This document shows positions 26,813-37,440 of a stretch of 56,463 bases of DNA, in pieces. The notes beneath the pieces were generated by a model. It ran no database searches. It worked only from the letters and a program-made list of their open reading frames with translations, and was not told the origin of the DNA. The first letter of the stretch is position 1. Every line of letters starts with the position of its first letter. A program made the position numbers and the translations under genes. Source of the DNA: Pelomyxa schiedti (Eukaryota > Protista > Evosea); NCBI GenBank assembly GCA_020536535.1, contig JAHLWZ010000213.1, positions 1-56,463 on the forward strand, in the 5' to 3' direction.

Positions 26813-27595
26813 ATGACGCATTTCCGGCGATTTCGGTGCGATGACTTGTTGAGGATGGCCAACGTGAACTTGGACTCTTGGACTGAAACTGTACTCTCGT
26901 AATTGTATTGATTTATTGCCCTGTAACAAATCTTGTAGTACAACTTTGCGTTCTACTTTATGTACATGGCAAAGTGGCCTGGTAATTTCCTCTGTGCATC
27001 GTTCTCTTTTTCTTATTTCCGTAAAGAGTACGTGACACTTGCGGAATCTCCCACTGGACGACAAATGGGCTACAGTATGTTTTCCCTTCACCGACTTAAC
27101 TTTCTACATTATCCCACACATCCATAGTATGGGGAAAGGCAGAAGGTGAAGGCGAGAAGTGGCATGGTCATGTCACTGCTGTAACGGTAGCACCAGAATA
27201 CAGAAGAATAGCCTTGGCCAACTCGCTCATGCACGTTTTGGAACAGGTTACAGAGGTAATGTGCGTATGTGGCCGATTCCCGCCTGCTGATCTTTCCTTA
27301 TCTTTGAAAATACACTCTCAGACATAACGGTTATTTCGTGGACTTGTTTGTCAGAGCCAGTAACAACTCGGCCATTGCAATGTACACAAAATTAGGCTAC
27401 ACAGTCTATAGAAGGGTTTTAGAATATTATTCTGGGGAAGAAGATGCACTAGGTACACGTTTCCCCCCTCTTGTATCAAATTGTTCGTAACACCAATATA
27501 TGTCAGATATGAGGAAGGCTCTACCAAGAGATGTGACAAAAAAATCCGTTATTCCACTGCCTCATCCTGTTAGGGCATTAGACGAAACAGACTAG
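26813..27595 (+). CDS. NAA20: N-terminal acetyltransferase NatB catalytic subunit, multi-exon
   Basis: MTHFRRFRCDDL...WHGHVTAVTVAPEYRRIALA...FVDLFVRASN...YYSGEEDALDMRKALPRD...SVIPLPHPV. Confidence 0.95.
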
Positions 27596-27720
27596 GACAA
27601 CGAGGGAAAAAAAAATGAGAATTTTTTTCAACAGTTGTTTATTTCCATTTTACAGGCAAAAGAAACGAACGATTAGTAAACCCCAAAATAGGGGGAACAA
27701 AAAAAAGTGCACAGCCGGTG

Positions 27721-28491
27721 ATGCTAGGTTGGTTGAGGCGAACGTGGCGTGATTTGCGTCAAGCATGTGAGAGGGTGCAGACGAGGATCACCGAGGCCGT
27801 GAGGAGGCAGAGGGTCGAGCAACAGATACGCGACGACGAGAGGCTCGCGCGGGAGCTGCAGGCCCGAGAGCAGGCCAGGGCGTCGGCCCCGCAGCTCACG
27901 CTGACGACCACGGCGGCTAGGGGCGGGCGAGGCGGGGCGACGCAGGGCGACGGCGGCGACGACGACGACGAGGAGGAGATAAGGAGGATGATAGTGGGCG
28001 CGCTGTTCGGCCCCGGCGGGGTCGTGCCGGCCGGCGAGGCGGGGCAGTGGCGAGTCAGGGTCAGGGTGCGCGGGGACTCGGCCGACATCGCCGCGGCGCT
28101 GAGGAGGCTTCGGAGCGAGCTGAGCAGGGCGGCGTACGGCCAGGCCGCAGCCACGAGGAGCGGCGCTGACTCTGCGCTGGTGAGCAGCCTGCCAACTCAC
28201 AAGGTGACAAAGGCTTGTTCTGCTGCTGCTGCTGCTTCTTCTTCTTCTCCAAGTTGCGCTAGTTCTCAGCCAAGTGAGGAGGGGGGCACAGCAGTGGCAT
28301 GCAGTGACAATAATACAACAGCTAGTGGCGGGGGGAACTCTAGGTGCGTGATATGCTTGAGTGACTATGAGGAGGGGGATGAGGTCAGGACATTGCCTTG
28401 CTTGCATATGATGCACACCTCTTGTGTGGATGCTTGGCTGAGAATAAGCGACGTCTGTCCTGTCTGTAGGGCTCAAGTTGCAACAGTATAA
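27721..28491 (+). CDS. RING-H2 E3 ubiquitin ligase with MIU-like ubiquitin-binding motif
   Basis: CVICLSDYEEGDEVRTLPCLHMMHTSCVDAWLRISDVCPVCR; DDERLARELQ. Confidence 0.9.
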   Translation: MLGWLRRTWRDLRQACERVQTRITEAVRRQRVEQQIRDDERLARELQAREQARASAPQLTLTTTAARGGRGGATQGDGGDDDDEEEIRRMIVGALFGPGGVVPAGEAGQWRVRVRVRGDSADIAAALRRLRSELSRAAYGQAAATRSGADSALVSSLPTHKVTKACSAAAAASSSSPSCASSQPSEEGGTAVACSDNNTTASGGGNSRCVICLSDYEEGDEVRTLPCLHMMHTSCVDAWLRISDVCPVCRAQVATV

Positions 28492-28565
28492 GGAGAAAAG
28501 AAGAAAGGAGAAGAGAATTGTTTATTGTGTAGAGTACACACATTACTTCCATTCTTGGATTGGTT

Positions 28566-29847
28566 TTAGTGTCTGTCAAAGTAGTCAAGGGGACTACGAT
28601 GTGTGTTCCTGGCTTTGGTGGTAGTTTTTGTGCTTTTAGGAGGTGCAGTTGTGCTGGTGGTATTGATAGGTTCAGTTACAAGTCTTGGTCTCTTGGGATT
28701 TGAAGTTTGATTGGTGTGTGAAGTGACTGGTTTCGGTGTTCTTTTTTCTGCTGTGGTGCTACTTGTTGGTGGAGGGAGAGGGGTAGCGGTTAGCTTTGGA
28801 GAAGATGAGGGTGGCGGGGAAGGGATGCCCGGCAACATACAACCAAGGCGAACATCAGTGTGAGGAAGTGTGGATGTATCGCTCTGAGGCCCTTTATGGG
28901 AAGGTGGATTTGCGTTTTGTAAATTCACAAGGTGTTCCTCATACTAGGAAATATGTTAGAAAGCGGAGCTTATTATAACACTCACTTGCATTCGCACTGA
29001 TATTAATTCGCGTTGGTGAGTCCTTTCACTGGTTTGCAACTTTTTCACAAGATCACGGATTTCAGCATCTTTTTGTTCCAGTAGCAGTGAATATTCTTTT
29101 TGTTGTGCGTCACAGGTATGTTTAATCTCCTCTAGAGCAAGTGCAGCTATGGGCATGTCATATTTTATAACAGTCAGAGCTGATACAGTTTGTCTTCATC
29201 GCTTCTAGGTCCTGAGTTGCAACTTTGGAAAGAGCCACGGCAGAATCACGTTCCCCTTTTGCCTGGTTAAGTTCTCTTGACGTCGAACTCTCCATATCAG
29301 CTATCCGACTTTGAAGGCGCCTTATTGTATCCTCATGTTCCCTGTTGCTCTTTTGCACAGTTTCCAACTTGAAAGTGAAATCCTTGGGTTTTCAATTATC
29401 CACTCACTTGATCAGGCTAAATCCGATTGACTACCTTCTCAATATTAGATACTTTAGCTTCCGCCTCTGACAGAGATTTCCTGAGTTTGGCACATTGAAC
29501 TGGGATGATACATTACAAAAGTAACACTGAGAGGTTCATTCACCAGACGAGTCTAGCACGCCATGTACTACAGAAGAAATCTGCTCCATTTGTGCGTCCT
29601 TGTTCTGAATTTGCTTACGTTGTGACTCAACAGTATGCTGCAAAGATTTGTTTGCCTTGGTGTACTCCAAAATCTGGCGTCGGTGTGAACGAGGGGGAAA
29701 AAAGGTGTGGAGCGAATGGATGCCGACTTGGTCTTGATATTGCTCGAGAACAGAGTCTCGTTGGTGCAGTTCCTTCTCCAGTAGATCCAGATCCGACATT
29801 AACGTGACGATGCACGGCGGCACAGCCTGCTGTTGCTCACTGATCAT
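28566..29847 (-). CDS. Coiled-coil protein, unknown function, multi-exon
   Basis: Successive heptad-rich exons (LEKELHQRDSVLEQYQ, IRRLQSRIADME, KDAEIRDLVKKLQ) and a P/T/S-rich last exon. Confidence 0.7.
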
Positions 29848-30034
29848 CACCCCAAGATCCAAGTTTCTTTTGATTTTGAAACACATCTGTCACCTTTTGG
29901 TTCTACATGTCAGCAGGGTAACCTTATCAGCTGAAGCACCGTTTCCAATTTCGAGGTTTCCGATTCTCAGAAAAGTGTGACACACGTTCGAACGCTCGCT
30001 TTCGGCCTGAGCTTCCCCCTTTTGTCACCGGAGG

Positions 30035-30129
30035 GGTGGCTGCAACGCTCCTCCGCGTCTAAAACCAACTTTTCCTGAGGAAAGACTGAGAAAAAGTTGG
30101 TTTTGATCACGGAGGAGGGTTGTGTTACT
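30035..30129 (+). ncRNA. Long imperfect intergenic hairpin (pre-miRNA-like or small foldback element)
   Basis: Arms GGTGGC-GCAAC-CTCCTCCG-AAAACCAACTTTT and AAAAGTTGGTTTT-CGGAGGAG-GTTGT-GTTACT. Expression not shown. Confidence 0.4.
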
Positions 30130-30286
30130 GTGGGTTGGGGTAGAGGTTTGGGATATTAAGTGGGTATTGGGAGCCCTCCGGAACTGACGAGAGGGACAGA
30201 GTGTTTCGGGATGCTAAAAGATAGCTTCAGAACAAAAGCTTTTTTTTTTCTTTTTTGAAAAGAGTATTGTGCTGCACCAACGTGGC

Positions 30287-33020
30287 TTATCTCTTCTCTT
30301 TGTGTAAAGTTTTGAGAGCAAAGAAGGTAGCTGCACGAAATCCAAAAACCATAATCAAAAGCCACGTAAAGTTCAGACCAATGACCACGTTTTCCAGCCC
30401 AAAAGACAGCAGAACTTCCTCTCCTATTTCCCTGGTTTATTTTGCTGAATTAGGCAACGTTTGGAGACACTGACCCGTTGTAAGGCAGCCGGCAACAGAC
30501 TCCCCACAGGTAAATGTCAGTCCTGTAAACTCATTTACCATGACAATTTCAAATGCATATCTGGAATAGAACATTGGTTATTCGGTTCAGTTATCGGCAG
30601 TAATATAACGAACCGGATGTAGGAAATGTAATAGACCCATATCCAATAAGGAGGTATACTACTGCTACGAATGAAGAACCCAGCACATATCATGAAAAAT
30701 ATCAAGAAAACGGGGGCAAGTGTCATGCCTACTTTCTGTTCAGGTACGGTGAACAAACAGTTGATAGAAGTGAATTCCTTACTTCATTTGGAGAAATTAC
30801 GCCAATGAAACTGAACATGGCACTGGAAACTAATGTCGCCACCGCCATTGCACCAAAGCATAATGCGAATTGATTTGGAGCTGGACTGAGGCCAATCTTG
30901 TTTCGTGAATTAATTGCGTTAATGATTTTCTTCTGGGTATTACCATGTAGTACATAATGCAAGTACTTAAAAGACAAAGAAATATTTCAAACGGAAACGA
31001 GCACACAACTTTACTGAAAAAGTATGCAGAGGTGGAGTACATGTCCATTGATTCTTCTCGCCTTAGTATGCCTCTTTCATTCACCCCTTTTAGTTGTAAG
31101 CACACAAGTAATGGCTATGAACGTACACATCTCCATTTCCCACTGCTGTGAAAACGCAAAGTGTATAGTAAGGAAAAAAAGAACACCGGCTCTGTTGTTG
31201 ATGGAGTTTTGACTATTCCCCAGACCCAGGTAAAGAGTTCCCTGAAAAACCTGTTAGGTGAGAACTAGTTCCTTTATTTGACTTACCACTAAGATGGACA
31301 TAAACAGAGCACTAAAGAGTTGTGCCCCAATAATGTTGGGATTTCGGACTAAGTCTGTGAATGTGCGCTTGCATAACAGATATGTTTGCTTTGGCCAGGA
31401 AGCTCCAACCCTTGGTACTACAACTCTGACAAAGTTAAGTATACTGGCAAGAGAAATGGGGTGAAAAACTTTGGGGATGCAGTCTTTAGGTCAGATATTT
31501 GTTGCTTAATTTGAGTATCTTGATTTTTCTCCATTGCTGTTAGGTCAATCTTTTCATGTTCCCCGCCTTAGAATACTGTAAATCGAAATGGAGAGGTATA
31601 GTAACAAACCAATCAATTGGACATATCGATCCCGAACAAAAGATTTCATCCCAGACTCTTGTGAGATGACAACAACATCAACTTCGAAAGATTAGGCTTG
31701 TTAAGAGAGGTCCAAACAAACGAAGAAAGTCAGCTGGATTAGTGAACTTGGGTACTGCAAACCCCTTCTCGATAAAATTTTGTGCAGCGGTGGATGCCTC
31801 TCCAAAATACACCATTTCCCCTTGACTCATTAGGTACACTTTGTCGAATAATTGATACACAAGACTCCTCGGCTATAACAATAAGTTTCACTGGGTATGT
31901 TCAACAAACCTGGTGAATAGTGCAGACAACAGTCTTCCCTTTCTTAGCCAAGTCAGATAAAAGCATCATTACACTCAAAGAGTTGAAACTATCAAGTCCC
32001 GTTGTTGGTTCATCCAACAATATCAAACCTATTGTCTGTAATAAGTAGGAGAGTGTGGATGGGCAGTCAGTTCACCGGGATTAGTAATCAACTCACAACC
32101 AATTGCAACGCGCTTACGCTCACCACCCGAAATTCCACGTGCAAATTGAGTTCTAGGTCGTGTGTTAGAATGTAGAAAAATTCACAATAAATACCCTATT
32201 CTACTGTTTCTACATTTAGAGAGGCCGAGTTCTGCAATTAGTTGTTCTACCTGCCAAAACCTCAACTTAATGATACGAAGAAAGTCGGTGTATTACACAA
32301 ATCTGCTTTGCTTCAGTGCTTAAAGTTTGTGGCAGCTTCAAATTTGCATAAAACATAAACGTTTCAAAAACTGTCTGAGTTCCAATGAAGGCATCATCCT
32401 GGAGGTCGTTGTATGTGAGCAAATACTGATCTTTTTCTTTTTTAGAAAAAAAGAAAGAAATGCCTGTGTGACATAGCCGATTGCGTGTTTCATCTTCCTT
32501 GGTGCTACTCCATTTAAAAGGATTGTGCCCGATACTTTTCCTGTCTTATTCCAGCCTGCAAGGATGTCCAGCAGTGTGGATTTACCGGCTCCTTTATCTA
32601 ACGTTAATATACTCTGAACAGGGACAAAAAGTAACAACCAGTGGACCCAAGTAGTGCAGTCAGAGTTGAGGGTAGTGCATAGCCGGATACACCATGTAAA
32701 ATCTCCCGTGACTATACATTACACATTAGGTACGGCATAATTGCCATTCAGCTGCTGTAGAATTTGTGTGCTTACCTTTGTAGGACACCTCTTGGTTACA
32801 ACTGAGTAAGATACATCCTCCCACGTCAAAACTACATCCAAAGCAGAGCTACCTGCGAATCACTTGGATCAAAATGTTGTCAACCAATTGAATATGCCTT
32901 CGTATCCTCCTATTACTGACAAGAAATAACAAGAATGTGTTTACCATCACCACCAACAGCAACCATTGACCCACAACCAGCTGGTGGCCTGTAGACGTCT
33001 ACCACTGTGTCCATGGACAT
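30287..33020 (-). CDS. ABCG-family (White-like) half transporter, many exons
   Basis: Walker A GSTGAGKST, GYVTQDD, signature [12 protein letters not shown], Walker [26 protein letters not shown]2 membrane domain. Confidence 0.95.
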
Positions 33021-33169
33021 GCACGTCACCCTGTTTCACTGGCACAATGCTACATCTTCTACCACCAATTAAATTGAATAGCACAAGGCCACTCACTTTG
33101 GGAAAATGAAAATTTTTCGTTGGTGATTACACTAGGGTTTTTGCTGATGAAATGGGTGCAGAACAGGCC

Positions 33170-35317
33170 TCAGTGTCTCTTTTGTATTGTCCATCCAACG
33201 GCTGACGATGTGGTTGTTGTTGTTGACACCATTGTTGCTTTGGGTGGGTTTTGTGCTTTTGGTCCTTTGCTGGGTGCACAGGGAGTGGAAAACATGGAAG
33301 GTGTACATAGCTGTGGTGGTTGCGTGCGGGTCCTGTTGTTATTGGATGATCCTATTGCGGGGAGAACAACCTTGGCTGAGGTGGGTGGGGACACAGGGTT
33401 GACCGGCTGTGGCGGCGGTGGTTGTGACCTGGGGTTGGAGTTTGGGTTTGGGGTGACTGGTGGGCTGGGTTTTGTTGTTTCAAAAACTGATAGCTGGGTA
33501 ATGCCGGTGGTTACTGAACTGACTGGCTTGGAGGCTGCTGGATCAGTGGACCAAGATTGCTTGAGGTACGCAGCAAGTTCATCTGCAAGGGGGTCACTCT
33601 GATCATTCAAGATTTTTTCAGCTTCGGCAATGGCTGCTTTGATACCAGTTCCAACAGCTGCATACAGTCAAAGAGGGAGAAAATTTCAGACAGACGGACC
33701 ACGAGCATCTGAGAATGCACAGTGGAAAGGCTTCCGTCCAGACAAAAGTCCAGTGTGGTATTCACATCTACACAAAGTGTTTGATGGAAATAATTACGTT
33801 TTCTGCTGGAAAGACACACTTTGGTGCAATGCCACACTCACAATCAAAGAATACGTCTATTTTGTGGGCAATCTCCTCTTGCTTGATATGACACTTACGG
33901 TGGTTCAGGATACTATAGACACCATCACACATTTCAAAAACTTGAGCAGAGAGGCAATCGATTACACCTTTTTTTTAAAAAAAAATATTAGAACGTTTCA
34001 AACTGTGGTGCATCGAACCGGCTTTCTCTGCAAGCCAAGAAATGCATTTCCTAAGTACATGTAAATCTAAATATTAGTAATGGAGTATAAATCACTTTTC
34101 AGTAGCGCAGCCCTACATAAATTTTGAATAAATCGTAATTGTTGGGCATAGTTGGTACCTTTGAAAACAAAATTGGCCTATGTGGTCCTGATGTTGGGAT
34201 GTATCTGCTTAAAAACTCAAGAAGTGCGTTCCATATGTCCCGGTAATTTCCGTTTGCCCTCCTTCGAGTGTTAAGGAAACACATAAATACACATCATACT
34301 TGCAATCCAGAGGTATGCCATGGTGGTTCAACACCAATTCTTGAACAGTGGGCATATTTCTAGGTTCCAAACTGACATAAGTAGAAAAGGTCAACGCATC
34401 ACGTACTGTGGAGGTATTGGACCAGGGTTGATAATTGCATGAAACCCATCCATCTCAAAAGCTGAAAGGCAAAAAGCTCTAACCCCAATCTCGTTTGGGT
34501 AATGTTGCCCTCCTTTCCCAATACAAGCACACTCGAAATCTATTCCAAAGAACACATGATTTTTGATATCTGAGGGAGATGAATGTCAGGACTTTCAGAA
34601 GGGATGACGCACCTTGAATGGTTTGTATCTGGAGGGTAAGTTCATTGGGAGTGACATGTGGCACATAAGGTGGTGCAACTTTTTGATTTGGGGGCTTTGT
34701 AGTAGGTTCATCATCTTCATCACTTTCTTCTGTAGGCTGGTTCTTCAACTTTCCTTTTCTTTTTTGTGCTTCAAATTCCGCAATAGCCTGGCGTCGTTTC
34801 TTTTTTTTGGTGGAAACGAACATGTAGTCAAACTCTGTTGATGTGGGTGCTCTGGCCTAATATTAGAAGATTAGTTACACCAAATAAAGATCAAAACAAG
34901 GCCTGTACCTCTTGGATAAACTGAGAGAGAAAACATTTGCCTTGAAGAGTTCGAATAGCAATTGGTATTTGGTCGACGGTCTGTGAGAGAGGAAAATTAG
35001 TGATGAAGGACCCTCATTTCTTGGGGCGCACATTGAACACAAGCTGCATGATTCCAATGAATCCACCGAAGCTGGCATAAGCGAAGGCGAAATTTTTTGC
35101 TTAACAGGTGACATACCGCGGCCCAGCCAAGCGACCTTCCGCCTTTTTCAAAAGCTATCATTGCCCTAGCCGGCGCCAGTCCCAGCGACGCAACAAAGTC
35201 CCGCAAATCAGCATTTGTGATGCCCCCAGGGATCGGCCTTACAATGATCACGCGCGACTGCTTCCCCCTCGACGCGGCAGTAGGAACAAACTCCGCCACC
35301 TCCGCCGCGCACTTCAT
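33170..35317 (-). CDS. MAEL: RRM plus Maelstrom (DEDDh-fold) domain protein with Pro-rich tail, multi-exon
   Basis: Spliced motifs FFGIDFECAC...YPNEIG, FHAIINPGPIP, NHHGIPL, NYRDIWNALLEFL, FSKGCATEKKCISWL, GIAPKCEYH...HCAFSDAR; N-terminal RRM GRSLGWAA|LVFN|TVDQIPIAIRTLQG. Confidence 0.82.
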
Positions 35318-35520
35318 CTCTCAACCACAACACACAACACCGACACGTTATAGTTCTTTGTCCCAATATCGGCTTGCGGGTATCGCCGACGATTTTTTTT
35401 TATTTGGAATAATGATAAAAAAAAATCAAAAAGACGAACTCCTGAACAGGCCAGCAGGGAAATTGTGTTGCCAACGCTTGACACCTGAGATCTAAGGAGG
35501 AATACATAATAAACCAAGAA

Positions 35521-37384
35521 ATGCAAAGACGCACACTGGGACCTGGTGTGTTGTCGCTGTTAACGGTGGTGCTTTATGTTTGTGTATTGTTAAACTAGTA
35601 TAGAAAACGAAGATGAGCCTGATACTGCCCAGATGGGTTACGGTGGATCTGTCATGCAGCCGCCACAAAATAGACGAATGGTTCCACAATACCCTGAAGC
35701 TGCCTACCAAGATGGTTGTCCTTTTTTTCCCTCTTTTTTCCTTTCAGTTGCACCCTCTAATGTTGGCTTTACACTTTTGAAATCCAAGGCTATTATGAAG
35801 AGGAACAGGTGTCCCAAGCATCAATGCCCTCTACAGTTATGGGTACGGCGGTCATGCAAGCTCCCCCTAATGATAATCCCAACGAAGACCCTGTATGTAG
35901 ACTTTATGGTGTCGTTATTCACTTTTTTCCTCTCAGGAAGCGAAACTGTGGGCAATCCCAAAAGATGCGCCCTACTTCATGCATGATGACCGGCGTCAAC
36001 GTAACTTCTCTCAACCACTTGTGCCTCCACAAATGGTAACCCCTTTTGGCCTACAACCGATTCCTACTCGCGGTGGAAGGCGGTATAGATACTTCCCGAA
36101 TCTTCCCCTTTTTTCTGAAGTTCTGCATAGGCAATTTTCACAACAGAGGCCGGAGGTTGAACAACCGTGGCGTCACGATTTATTTGACCAAGTCCTTTCT
36201 GAGGCTGCTACTGTATGAAGTCCTTCCCCCGCCCCAGTTCACCCATTCTATCAGCCTCAAGCAAGCTTTTCCCGCTCTCGGAATAATGCCGCCCGTGGCT
36301 CTCGGAGGCAGGGATACGCTAATTACGACCCAAGACAAAGTCAACAGCAAATACCAAACTCAAACCCACCACCTTCACAACAAAAACGTCAAGTTCAGGT
36401 TACTGTAATAAAGCACGGCTCATCCGGGGCACCTCCAGTTATTAGTACCATTTCTACAGAAGTACCCCAAAAGCCTTCTCAAGGTCAACCACAAGAAGTG
36501 CCAGAGCAGTCACAAGTTGTTTCGACTTCCAAGAGCCATCGTTACTTAGGACGGCCATCCGCACGCCCACAGGAACAAGCTGAGGGGAGCCCACAACCTC
36601 AGCCACCCCAAACCCCAGAACCTGTGTCCACAGAGGCACCACCAACTGTTTCCGTGTCAACGCAGGAAGAGCACGCCGCAAGAGAACCCCCTAATGTAGA
36701 AGTGCAATCCCAGGCACCACAAACTGCCAATACACCATTCCCTCAAACAAGACAGTCTGTTGTCAGTTCACAACGGCACACTTTGTCTGTACGATACGAG
36801 TACAAGAAACCTATGAATTCTCCTGCTTCCCCACAAGTTCAATCCTCGCCACAACCCGCGCTTTCTCTTAGAGATGAGAAAGTGCTTGCAGCAGTATTTA
36901 TTCCCAAGAGCAACCAAGTACCCGCGGAGAATATAATGGAAAAGATACCTCCCATTCTAATTTCCGACGTTGAATTTCATCCACGCCAGAAAGATACCGC
37001 TAGCAAGTATGTAAACTATTTCGTACCCACAATACTCATTTCTATCCCACGACGGCACCAAACTAACCTTACAACAGCACCTCACAAACGGCTGCCCAAA
37101 ATCCGGCAGACTCCCAAACGAAGACCAATCAAGTTTTTGATGTAACGGCCCCTGCCTTTGAGTGCACACCAAGAAAGACCGAAACAACAGAAACCCAACC
37201 CTCCGCACCAACCACGGACTCGACTCCAACCACAACAGAAGCCGTAACAACTGCACAAGAGGCAACCAACCCCAGCCCAGTTCCACCAAACAACGATACA
37301 GCAGAAACACCAAAACAAACAGAAACACAAGTAGAAGCAGATTCCAACTCAAAAGCACAGGAGGAAAGTGCCAAAACAGATTAA
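35521..37384 (+). CDS. CASC3: Btz-domain (CASC3/MLN51/Barentsz-like) exon-junction-complex protein, multi-exon
   Basis: AIPKDAPYFMHDDR...WRHDLFD matches the bipartite Btz/SELOR motif; the rest is low complexity. Confidence 0.72.
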
Positions 37385-37440
37385 TTACTTGGTAGAAACG
37401 AAACAGAAAGAACCTCTTTAAACTCTACATTTGTCTTTCT

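Noticed and set aside
30075-30095. CTGAGGA...GAAA, resembling a hammerhead ribozyme core in the hairpin loop
   Set aside because: No pairing stem II and no correctly placed NUH cleavage site or three-way junction
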